Positions 17,059-25,759 of a DNA stretch of 64,000 bases are shown piece by piece. Positions within the stretch are counted from its first letter, which is position 1, and each line of letters starts with the position of its first letter. Origin of the DNA: Candidatus Nomurabacteria bacterium (lineage in GTDB: Bacteria; Patescibacteriota; Patescibacteriia; HK-STAS-PATE-3); the NCBI GenBank assembly GCA_023898465.1, contig CP060223.1, positions 128,001 to 192,000 on the forward strand, written 5' to 3'. The position numbers and the translations under genes were made by a program. The notes below the pieces were generated by a model, which saw only the letters and a program-made list of their open reading frames with translations, searched no databases and had not been told where the DNA came from.

Positions 17059-18402
17059 TTAGAAGTAGTTGAACGGATTGGTGCGTCGGCCGTTTACCCA
17101 GACTTCGAAGTGCAGGTGGTCGCCAGTACACCAGCCAGTACAACCGGAAATGCCGATAGTTTCGCCCTTGCTCACTGTTTGGCCTACGCTGACATAGGAC
17201 TTGCTTAGGTGAGCATAGAGGGTTTGCAGACCATTACCGTGGTCGATGATGATGTTATTGCCGTAGCCAGTTCCCCAGTTTGTGCGGACAACTCGTCCTC
17301 CATCTGATGCATAAATAGGTGAGGTGCGAGTATGAATATCAATACCGGTGTGACGTGCGCTATAACCCTGGTTAATTTTGTGACTGACCGTAGGCCAGAA
17401 CATTCCAGCACCAACGTTGGTGGCGGAGGCTGGTCGAGGACCACTGCTGACGCTGCTGGCAACTTGAGTGGAACTAACAGTTGTTTTAGGCGCTGGAGGA
17501 GGTTCAATTTTACCGCCCGGAATGATGAGTTGCTGCCCAACTTCAATAGCACTTGCATCAGCCAATTGGTTAAACTCTAGGATATCATCAGCGTTTGCTT
17601 CGTACTTCTTTGCGAGCGATGCAATGGTATCGCCGCTTTGTACTGAGTGGACAACACCGCTGACCGGAGGGATTTTTAATGTTTGACCAGGCTTAATGAC
17701 TGAGGAGTCGTTAAGGTTATTTGCCCAGAGGAGCGTGTTGGTGCTGACAGAAAATTGTGAGGCAATGATACTGATAGTATCGCCACCCTCAACGACATAT
17801 TCACGGACCTGGTCGCGGGGCACTCCTAATTCGCTGGTGCTTGGGATATTTGCCTTGGCTAGCGCTTCACCACTTCCTTCATTTCGGGCGATAGCTAAGA
17901 GCTGACGCTGCTGTTCAGATTCCTCGGTATTTCGATGATAGCGGTCAATTGCTCCGTCGCGGGTGATTGAGCTCAGTGCAGAATTCGGCGCCACCACCGC
18001 GTACTCGACATATTCTTCGTCAGTTTCTTGATTATGCAGAATAGTATTTACTAAAGTGCCACTGGCAAAGTCTTCAATAGCGGCTTCTCGAGCTAATACA
18101 TTATTAGTAAGTACTCCGAAGATTACGACAATAACGACCACGTGAAGCAAATAGCGCGTGGTGATTGGATACCACCATGAGGACTTACTTCCGGCAAGAG
18201 ATTTCTCAAGCCGTTGGGTTACACGTAAATATTGTCGATAGATTGGAACTGCCAATACCATAAAGGTGGCATTCCAAAACCACGCCAGAGGTTTAAAAAT
18301 TCCGTAGATAACAATAAGCACGACCAACTTCCAAAGATAGCGGACGAGATGGTAGACGCCAAAAGCTAATTTGAGTACCTGCGATTTGAGCTGTAAACTC
18401 AC
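17059..18402 (-). CDS. membrane-anchored LysM-domain M23 family metallopeptidase
   Basis: N-terminal TM segments. Two LysM repeats (YVVEGGDTISIIASQF...; HSVQSGDTIASLAKKY...). The C-terminal M23 domain has HTGIDI and the GDHLHFEV zinc-binding motifs. Confidence 0.85.
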   Translation of the reverse strand: MSLQLKSQVLKLAFGVYHLVRYLWKLVVLIVIYGIFKPLAWFWNATFMVLAVPIYRQYLRVTQRLEKSLAGSKSSWWYPITTRYLLHVVVIVVIFGVLTNNVLAREAAIEDFASGTLVNTILHNQETDEEYVEYAVVAPNSALSSITRDGAIDRYHRNTEESEQQRQLLAIARNEGSGEALAKANIPSTSELGVPRDQVREYVVEGGDTISIIASQFSVSTNTLLWANNLNDSSVIKPGQTLKIPPVSGVVHSVQSGDTIASLAKKYEANADDILEFNQLADASAIEVGQQLIIPGGKIEPPPAPKTTVSSTQVASSVSSGPRPASATNVGAGMFWPTVSHKINQGYSARHTGIDIHTRTSPIYASDGGRVVRTNWGTGYGNNIIIDHGNGLQTLYAHLSKSYVSVGQTVSKGETIGISGCTGWCTGDHLHFEVWVNGRRTNPFNYF

Positions 18403-18613
18403 GCGGGGCCTATGTGCCGATCCAGTGTCGACTTGCTTGCAACCGTTTTTTTTCTGCGCAAGGATTAAGGGAACAGCTTACGGGAAAACGCAAAGAACTA
18501 TACCAGTCTAGGCAATAACTGTCAATCGTATATCGTATGACCTTTTTCCTAAGTTTAGCAGCCGTACTATATAGTTGCGAAAACAGGGGATTTTCAGGTA
18601 GACTGAGCCTAGT

Positions 18614-21600
18614 ATGAGTATGAAAAACGTTGTACCGGAAGGGGAATACAACCCAGCAAGTATTGAAGCAAAATGGCAGGAGCACTGGAACAAAAAACCA
18701 GATCAGGCTAAGGATTTTGCGCATGATCCAAAGCGCTATCTTCTCATTGAATTTCCTTACCCCTCAGGTGATGGACTGCATGTGGGGCATGTGCGAAGCT
18801 ATGCCGCTCTCGATGTGTTGGCGCGTTATTCTCGCTTAAAGGGTTTTAATGTGCTTTACCCCATCGGCTGGGATGCTTTTGGTTTACCCACCGAGAATTA
18901 TGCGATTAAGACTGGCGTACACCCACGTGTTGCGACTGATAAGAATATTGCCACCTTTCGCCGCCAGCTTAAGGCGCTAGGCCTTTCATTTGATTGGTCT
19001 CGAGAAGTGGATACAACAGATCCAAAATACTATCGATGGACACAGTGGATTTTTTTGCAGTTCTATAAGGCAGGCTTAGCCTATCAGGCAGAGATTCCTA
19101 TTAACTGGTGTCCAAAAGATAAAATCGGTTTGGCCAATGAAGAAGTGGTTGATGGCAAATGCGAACGCTGCGGCACTGAAGTAACGCGTAAAATGCAAAA
19201 GCAGTGGATGTTAAAAATCACCGCCTATGCAGATCGCTTACTACGTGATCTCGATACAGTTGAGTACGTTGAAAAAATTAAAACACAGCAGAAAAACTGG
19301 ATAGGTAAGAGCGAGGGTGCTGAAATATCTTTTCAAATAGCTAGTAAGGAGTCGCAAAAACCTCGCTTCGTACTTCTCCATGGTTTTCAGGGCTCAGCTA
19401 AAGGTAACTTTTTCCCATGGCTAAAAGATGAGTTGGTCGCAAAGGGCTATGAGGTGGAAGTACCTGAATTACCAAACAGCGCTCATCCGACTGAAGAGGA
19501 ACAGGTAAGTTATGTACTTGAACATTGTCGCTTTGATGAAAACACCATCGTGTTTGGTCATTCGCTTGGTACAGTCGTGGCCATGAAGGTTATAGAAAAG
19601 CTTCCCACAAAAGTAGCTGGCTTGGTTATGGCCGGTGGATTTACCCAGGCTGATTTTTCTGATCACGATCGACCATTCCGCGATACCTTTACATGGAATT
19701 TTGATTTCCAGGCGATTCGAGATAAAGCAGGTTTTATAAAAGTGCTACATGACGTGCATGATGATGCCGTGCCCGAGGGAGCTGGAGAGGCTTTAGCAAA
19801 AGCGCTCGAAGTGCCGTGCTACAAGGTGACCGCAAATGAAGAGCATTTCTGCGCAAAGCAAGAGCCTTATCTATTAGCGCATCTCATGCCAAACACACTT
19901 TTGGTTGGTACGCAAAATCAGGCAAAGGTGGAAATGCTTCGACGAGCATTGGCCCCTTACCCAAATATTCACCTCATCAGTTTAAGTGATATTGGTAAGG
20001 TCGATGATCAGGCTTTAGTAGAGGGCGATGACTTTCGTGCTAATGCAAAAATGAAAGCAGATTTTTATCACCGAGCCACAGGTTTACCAACCATATCGAC
20101 GGATCATATTCTTTGGATAGAGAAATGGCCTGAGGATAATGGCTTCATTACGCATATTCGCAAATTAGCAAATCCGAAATCTGGACGAGCAACAGATGAA
20201 GAACTAGCAGAATGGATAAAAAAATTTATCGATAAAAATGGTGAGTCGCGTACAGCCTTTCATTATGCTATTGGTTATGCCGATGAGAAGGGAGTGCAGG
20301 GCTTTGTGAGTATTCAGCGCGAATACATGTTGAAGGCTAATCCGGCTAAAGCACGATGGGAAGGCTATGCGGTCGGTGCATTTTTGCGTGACCCCGTGAC
20401 TGATGCGTATCGAGAAGAGATGCCCGCAGAGATCGCTTTTGATCGCTTCTTCGCCACAGTGCGCAATGAAATTGTGCCGCAGGTTTTCGATATGAGCACC
20501 TTGACGGTCTTTACCACACGACCCGATACCATCTTCGGTGTCACGTATATGGTTGTAGCCCCTGAACATGAACTCCTTGCCAAGTATCAATCACACATTA
20601 CAAATTGGGATGAAGTTCAAAAGTATGTGCGAGAGGCCGCCAAGAAATCCGATATGGAGCGGACCGAGTTGGCCAAAGAAAAAAGTGGCGTTGAGCTCAA
20701 AGGTATTCAGGCAGTAAATCCGGCAAATGGTGAAGTAATCCCGATTTGGGTAGCTGACTATGTGCTGAGTTCTTATGGCACCGGAGCGATAATGGCTGTG
20801 CCGGCGCATGATCAGCGAGACAATGAGTTTGCAAAAAAGTACTCCCTGCAAATAAGAGAAGTAGTAAGAGGTTTTAATCGTGTAGGAGAGAAAAAAGATA
20901 TTGTATATTCTGGCGAGGGGGTCCTAGTAAATTCTCAGGACTTTGATGGAGAAAAAAGCGAAGACGCAAAAAAGAACATTGTAAGGTGGTTAGAAGAAAA
21001 AGGACTCGGTCATTCAGCAGTCAATTTTAAACTTCGCGACTGGGTATTTTCACGTCAGCACTACTGGGGCGAGCCGATTCCGATTATTCATTGTCCTAAG
21101 TGCGGAGCTGTTCCAGTGCCGGAGAAAGACCTACCAGTGGAATTGCCTCATGTAGAAAAATACCAACCCACTAATACTGGGGCTTCACCATTAGCTGCGA
21201 TCGAGGATTGGGTGCAGGTGAAATGTCCGAAGTGTAAGGGCGAAGCGAGTCGAGAAACCGACACCATGCCGAATTGGGCCGGGAGCTCGTGGTATTTCCT
21301 GCGCTATTCGGATCCGCACAATAGTAAAGCCTTTGCTGATAAGAAAAAGCTAGAGTATTGGCTGCCGGTGGATATTTACAATGGTGGCAATGAGCACACC
21401 ACCCTCCATTTACTCTACTCGCGTTTCTGGCATAAGTTTTTATTTGATCAGGGCTTGGTACCAACTCCAGAACCATACCAGCATCGTCATTCGCATGGGA
21501 TTGTGTTAGCTGAGGATAATCGCAAGATGTCAAAGAGTTGGGGGAACGTGGTCAATCCGGATGATTATGTGCAGGAGTACGGTGCAGATAGCGTGCGCAT

Positions 21601-22198
21601 GTACGAGTTATTTATGGGACCATTTGAGGATATGATTCCGTGGTCAACCAAGGGTATCGTGGGTGTGCATCGCTTCTTAAATCGTGTGTGGGAACTTTAT
21701 CGTAAAGTTACAGAAGAGACGGCCCAAGTAACAGAAGAGAGGGACATTCACAAAGCTGTGAAAAAGGTTGGGGAAGACCTCGAGGCTTTTCGTTTCAACA
21801 CCGCGGTGAGCACTTTGATGGAATATTTTAATCACTTCCGTGATGAAGTGCAGCAGGGTAGGCTCGATAAAGAAGCAGCAGAAAAGTTTCTCGTGATCCT
21901 TTTCCCATTTGCGCCGCACCTTGCCTCAGAGCTCTGGGAGCAGTTAGGAAAGAAGAGCGATATTCGCGAACAATCATGGCCAAACTTTGATCCAAACGCT
22001 TTACAAGCGGAGACCGTCACGATCGGTGTGCAGATTAATGGCAAAGTGCGCGCCTCCATAAGCCTTTCACCAGAAGCAAGCGAAGCAGAAGCGCTGGAGC
22101 TAGCCTTAGCCGAAGAAAATATTCAACGCTATCTTCAAAAGGGACAGCCCAAGAAGGTTATTTATCGTGCAGGAAAAATTCTCAATCTGATCGCCTGA
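18614..22198 (+). CDS. leuS: leucine--tRNA ligase with large inserted hydrolase/Ham1-like module
   Basis: HIGH motif (HVGHVRSY) and KMSKS motif present. The Zn-binding CxxC..CxxC insertion, the CP1 editing-domain core (FTTRPDT...AVPAHDQRD) and an anticodon-binding C-terminus are all recognisable. At 1194 aa it is about 330 aa longer than typical bacterial LeuRS because of an insertion between EISFQ and TVFTTRPDT. Confidence 0.9.
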   Translation: MSMKNVVPEGEYNPASIEAKWQEHWNKKPDQAKDFAHDPKRYLLIEFPYPSGDGLHVGHVRSYAALDVLARYSRLKGFNVLYPIGWDAFGLPTENYAIKTGVHPRVATDKNIATFRRQLKALGLSFDWSREVDTTDPKYYRWTQWIFLQFYKAGLAYQAEIPINWCPKDKIGLANEEVVDGKCERCGTEVTRKMQKQWMLKITAYADRLLRDLDTVEYVEKIKTQQKNWIGKSEGAEISFQIASKESQKPRFVLLHGFQGSAKGNFFPWLKDELVAKGYEVEVPELPNSAHPTEEEQVSYVLEHCRFDENTIVFGHSLGTVVAMKVIEKLPTKVAGLVMAGGFTQADFSDHDRPFRDTFTWNFDFQAIRDKAGFIKVLHDVHDDAVPEGAGEALAKALEVPCYKVTANEEHFCAKQEPYLLAHLMPNTLLVGTQNQAKVEMLRRALAPYPNIHLISLSDIGKVDDQALVEGDDFRANAKMKADFYHRATGLPTISTDHILWIEKWPEDNGFITHIRKLANPKSGRATDEELAEWIKKFIDKNGESRTAFHYAIGYADEKGVQGFVSIQREYMLKANPAKARWEGYAVGAFLRDPVTDAYREEMPAEIAFDRFFATVRNEIVPQVFDMSTLTVFTTRPDTIFGVTYMVVAPEHELLAKYQSHITNWDEVQKYVREAAKKSDMERTELAKEKSGVELKGIQAVNPANGEVIPIWVADYVLSSYGTGAIMAVPAHDQRDNEFAKKYSLQIREVVRGFNRVGEKKDIVYSGEGVLVNSQDFDGEKSEDAKKNIVRWLEEKGLGHSAVNFKLRDWVFSRQHYWGEPIPIIHCPKCGAVPVPEKDLPVELPHVEKYQPTNTGASPLAAIEDWVQVKCPKCKGEASRETDTMPNWAGSSWYFLRYSDPHNSKAFADKKKLEYWLPVDIYNGGNEHTTLHLLYSRFWHKFLFDQGLVPTPEPYQHRHSHGIVLAEDNRKMSKSWGNVVNPDDYVQEYGADSVRMYELFMGPFEDMIPWSTKGIVGVHRFLNRVWELYRKVTEETAQVTEERDIHKAVKKVGEDLEAFRFNTAVSTLMEYFNHFRDEVQQGRLDKEAAEKFLVILFPFAPHLASELWEQLGKKSDIREQSWPNFDPNALQAETVTIGVQINGKVRASISLSPEASEAEALELALAEENIQRYLQKGQPKKVIYRAGKILNLIA

Positions 22199-23385
22199 TG
22201 TCACATCATTTTCCACATACGCAAAGTTTAGAGTATTCGCTTCGACGAGAAGTGACCGAAATTTATCTCAGCGTGACAATCAAGCACTTTGGCTTGGCGC
22301 TTTTGTCAGTCTTCGAGGTCATTTATCTTTTCGAGTGGTTTGGATCTTCTCTAGCTTTATTGCTCTTATTCTACGGCATGAATTATGTGCTGCACGCGCT
22401 TTTTACTCCTTTTGCTGCCATGCTCGTAAATCGGATTGGCGTGAAAAAGAGTATCCTCCTGGCCAATCCATTTATTATACTGTTTTTCGTTTCATTACTT
22501 TTTCTACCTAGCTGGCCCTGGTTAATTATTCCTGCATTACTCAGTATCGCGATTTATCACGCGATTTTTTGGTTGGCCTTTCACATTGATTTTTCGCGAT
22601 TTGCCAATCCAGAGCACCGAGGTCGGCAGACGAGCATGCTCCTTGCTATACCAATGATTGCGCACGCCATTGGGCCTTTGCTCGGGGGCTTTCTTATTAC
22701 AGAGTTCGGCTTCTCAGTGCTTTTTCTCGTTGTCATTATTTGTTTAGGAGTTTCCGTTCTTCCGCTTTTCTTTTCTCGAGAGGTACATGAGCCATTTCAC
22801 TTACACTGGCGACAGACTTTTCACTACGCTTTTTCTTTTCGTCATTGGCGCCGGAATCTTGTTTTTATAGGCGATGGCATTAGCGGAAAGATTAGCGTTG
22901 TTGTGTGGCCGGTTTTTCTTTTTCTCGCCATTACAAATTTTGTTGACTTAGGTGTTATTAATTCCGTAGCCTTTTTACTCACGCTATTGATGGGTTTATA
23001 TATTGGACATTTGACTGATTCGCCACGTCGCCGAGTGGTTTTGACTCTTGGGGCAATTTTTACTTCCTTTGGCTGGCTTGCCCGAATTTTACTCAAAACA
23101 CCTTGGCAACTTTTTGCCTTTGACGCATATGGTCGGGTTTCTCGCCGGATCATTGATGTACCCTATAATGCACTTTTTTATAAAAGCGCCTATGAACATG
23201 GCGAAAATAAAGCAGCTTTTATTGCTTCCTACGAAATAGTAACAAATCTTTTCGGTGGATTTTTCCTTATTCTCCTCGCGGCATTAGCAAATATGGTGGA
23301 TCCCTTTATTGCCGCTTTTGTTACCGCTGGTATTTTTACGGCCTTTTTCCCAATTATGCCTGACAGTAATAAGAAGGAAAAATAA
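22198..23385 (+). CDS. MFS-like multi-pass membrane transporter
   Basis: 395 aa with about 12 TM helices. The ATG overlaps the leuS stop (ATGA). Confidence 0.6.
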   Translation: MSHHFPHTQSLEYSLRREVTEIYLSVTIKHFGLALLSVFEVIYLFEWFGSSLALLLLFYGMNYVLHALFTPFAAMLVNRIGVKKSILLANPFIILFFVSLLFLPSWPWLIIPALLSIAIYHAIFWLAFHIDFSRFANPEHRGRQTSMLLAIPMIAHAIGPLLGGFLITEFGFSVLFLVVIICLGVSVLPLFFSREVHEPFHLHWRQTFHYAFSFRHWRRNLVFIGDGISGKISVVVWPVFLFLAITNFVDLGVINSVAFLLTLLMGLYIGHLTDSPRRRVVLTLGAIFTSFGWLARILLKTPWQLFAFDAYGRVSRRIIDVPYNALFYKSAYEHGENKAAFIASYEIVTNLFGGFFLILLAALANMVDPFIAAFVTAGIFTAFFPIMPDSNKKEK

Positions 23386-23999
23386 TGCGACGCTTGCTAA
23401 TCCATGACCCAGAAGCATTATCTACTGCTGTTCGTGCGCTCAAAAACGGACAACTTATTATCTATCCTACTGACACTGCCTATGCTATTGGCGCAGATGC
23501 GACAAATGCGGCGGCTGTCCGGGCAGTCCAACAAGTGAAACAGCGTAGCGAGGCAAAACCACTTCCATTAATTGCTGCTGATAGTGCCCAAGTTGCTCAG
23601 GTGGCTATTTTACACCCTGATGAAGAGCTGCTGGCGAAGAAACATTGGCCCGGTCCGCTCAGCCTCTTACTTGACCGGAAAGGTGGATTACCAGAAGAAG
23701 TCACGTTAGGCCTGCCAAAAGTAGCCATTCGAGTACCACATATGCCGTTTGCTCGTGAGTTAGCCTTGCGACTCGGTCATCCAGTTGTGGCAACTTCAGC
23801 AAATATGGCTGGCATGGGCCCAAAGTATGATCCTGATGAGGTGCTGCATGAGCTAGTAAATAATAACCACAGCCCGGTCGTACTGATAGACGGAGGAGTA
23901 TTAGCAGAAGTACCGCCCTCAACCATTGCGGAGTGCCATAACGGAGAAGTGAAGATACATCGTCAGGGGCCAATTGTGATCCCGGGCGCCACAATATGA
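23385..23999 (+). CDS. tsaC: L-threonylcarbamoyladenylate synthase (YrdC/Sua5 family)
   Basis: YrdC-domain motifs IYPTDTAYAIGADATNAAAV ... KPLPLIAA ... VATSANMAG. Length 204 aa. Confidence 0.85.
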   Translation: MRRLLIHDPEALSTAVRALKNGQLIIYPTDTAYAIGADATNAAAVRAVQQVKQRSEAKPLPLIAADSAQVAQVAILHPDEELLAKKHWPGPLSLLLDRKGGLPEEVTLGLPKVAIRVPHMPFARELALRLGHPVVATSANMAGMGPKYDPDEVLHELVNNNHSPVVLIDGGVLAEVPPSTIAECHNGEVKIHRQGPIVIPGATI

Positions 24000-24823
24000 G
24001 CGTGTATTCGCCAACTCAGTTGCAAGCCCTTTGCCGTCAATTTGGCATACGGCCTCAGCGACGTCGCGGGCAAAACTTTGTTATTGATCAACATTTGATT
24101 GATCGTATGCTGCAAGCGGCTGAAATAGACTCCGAGCATCCGATATTAGAAATTGGGCCGGGTTTTGGCGTTTTAACAGAAGCATTAGTGCAAAAAGCGT
24201 CTCAGGTAATAGCAATTGAACTAGAAAAAAAGCTAGCTGAACATTTGCAAAAGCGTTTTTCTTCCCAAAAAAATTTGACCATAGTGCAGAATGATTTTCG
24301 TTTTACTGATCTTGCTGCGCTGGGTCTCCAAGAGGCGGCATATGATGTAGTGGCTAATTTGCCGTATCAAATAACCTCCTTAGTTATTCGGCGTTTATGT
24401 AGCACGCATCCTCGTCCACGTCGTATCACCCTGCTCGTGCAAAAAGAAGTAGCTGAAAGGATTATTGCGCCATCAGGAGAGGCAAGCACGTTAAGTATTG
24501 CGGTGGCTTTTTATGCTCAGGCAAAGCTGGTCAGAACCGTTTCTCCGGCAGCTTTTTGGCCGCGGCCTCAGGTGAAATCAGCTATTCTGCGTCTTGATTT
24601 GCATAGTACCATTCCAAATGTTGACGAAAAACGCTTTTTCTCCATTGTGCGTTCGGCCTTTCAAGGTAAGCGCAAAAAATTGCGCAATTCACTTGCTTCA
24701 GTACTCGGAGTTGAACCAATAAAAGTCGAGGAAATATTGAGAAAACAGGGTATAAATCCAGAAGTACGAGCTCAAGATCTCTCACTTGAGAACTGGTTGA
24801 CAATCGCACAAGAAAAGCTTTGA
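23996..24823 (+). CDS. rsmA: 16S rRNA (adenine1518/1519-N6)-dimethyltransferase
   Basis: KsgA N-terminus RRRGQNFVID...ILEIGPGFGVLTEAL (SAM-binding motif) and NLPYQITS motif. Overlaps tsaC by 4 nt. Confidence 0.9.
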   Translation: MSVYSPTQLQALCRQFGIRPQRRRGQNFVIDQHLIDRMLQAAEIDSEHPILEIGPGFGVLTEALVQKASQVIAIELEKKLAEHLQKRFSSQKNLTIVQNDFRFTDLAALGLQEAAYDVVANLPYQITSLVIRRLCSTHPRPRRITLLVQKEVAERIIAPSGEASTLSIAVAFYAQAKLVRTVSPAAFWPRPQVKSAILRLDLHSTIPNVDEKRFFSIVRSAFQGKRKKLRNSLASVLGVEPIKVEEILRKQGINPEVRAQDLSLENWLTIAQEKL

Positions 24824-24848
24824 CGTAGCGGGACGAAAGTGCTATAAT
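24820..24848 (+). promoter_or_regulatory. near-consensus sigma70-like promoter (TTGACG-17-TATAAT) for the giant-protein operon
   Basis: -35 TTGACG at 24820..24825, 17 nt spacer, -10 TATAAT at 24843..24848. It sits immediately after the rsmA stop and about 40 nt upstream of the first ORF of the operon. Confidence 0.6.
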
Positions 24849-24886
24849 GATGGGGATTTCAAAAGGATTTTTTTCACTACACGATT

Positions 24887-25759
24887 TTGGCTTTTCAGGG
24901 GGAACAACCAGGGGAGAATGACAATACAAAGCTTTTCAATAATGCCCCAGAGCAAGGTAATCAGGTTCCGCCTGAGCAAAGTGGCTCGCGGGGCTTTTTT
25001 ATTGCGTTAATTTCCTTTGGCGCAGTTGGGCTTTTGCTCGGAATTGTGAGCTTGGCAAAGAATATTCAGTCACCTTTTGTACCAAATGCCAACCTCATTG
25101 CGGTGCAGCAGGACACCAATCAAGAAAACATCTCTGATTTGCAGCAAAGAGACACGGATGGAGATGGGTTAAGTGATTACGAAGAACTTTATCAATACAA
25201 CACTAGCCCGTATTTAGCTGATTCTGACTCGGATACCATTGATGATAAGAAAGAAATCGAGAGTGGAAACGATCCGAATTGTCCAAGTGGCCAGGATTGT
25301 ACCGGATTAGGCGTAAATACAAACACGAGTACAGTTGACGATGCATTGGGGCTTACTAATAGCTCCACCAATACATCCGCGACAAATACCAGTACGAGCA
25401 CGAGTGCGGTTGATATGGCACAGTTGCGTGAAGTGTTAAAGGCCTCGGGTGCTCCTGCCTACGTCGTGGATTCAACCGATGATGCTACTTTGCTTGAGCT
25501 TTACAACGAATTAGTAGCTGAGCAGGGTGGTGACTCGCTTGATACCAACTCGACAGATACAAATGCGAGTAACACGTCGACTGTTGATGACGCTACCACC
25601 TTACAACTTCTGCAAAGCTTATCAGCCAGCGAGATACGCGCACTTCTCATTCAAAGTGGCGTTGATCAATCATTAATCGATCAAGTAGACGATTCTGAGC
25701 TGCAGCAAATATTCCTTGATGCAGTGCAATCCGAGTTTTCCTCTGACTCCTCATCATGA
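24887..25759 (+). CDS. secreted acidic low-complexity protein with thrombospondin-type-3-like Ca-binding motifs
   Basis: 290 aa. The ORF begins at a TTG, with no in-frame ATG before the TM segment FFIALISFGAVGLLLGIV. Asp-rich DTDGDGLSDYEE / DSDSDTIDDKKE motifs. Thr/Ser/Asn-rich linker. Confidence 0.55.
   Translation: MAFQGEQPGENDNTKLFNNAPEQGNQVPPEQSGSRGFFIALISFGAVGLLLGIVSLAKNIQSPFVPNANLIAVQQDTNQENISDLQQRDTDGDGLSDYEELYQYNTSPYLADSDSDTIDDKKEIESGNDPNCPSGQDCTGLGVNTNTSTVDDALGLTNSSTNTSATNTSTSTSAVDMAQLREVLKASGAPAYVVDSTDDATLLELYNELVAEQGGDSLDTNSTDTNASNTSTVDDATTLQLLQSLSASEIRALLIQSGVDQSLIDQVDDSELQQIFLDAVQSEFSSDSSS

Noticed and set aside
18614-22198. Intein in LeuRS as an explanation for the extra length
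   Set aside because: The insertion does not begin with Cys/Ser after a conserved extein residue and does not end in HN followed by C/S/T. Instead it shows serine-hydrolase and Ham1-like motifs, so it is a domain insertion.
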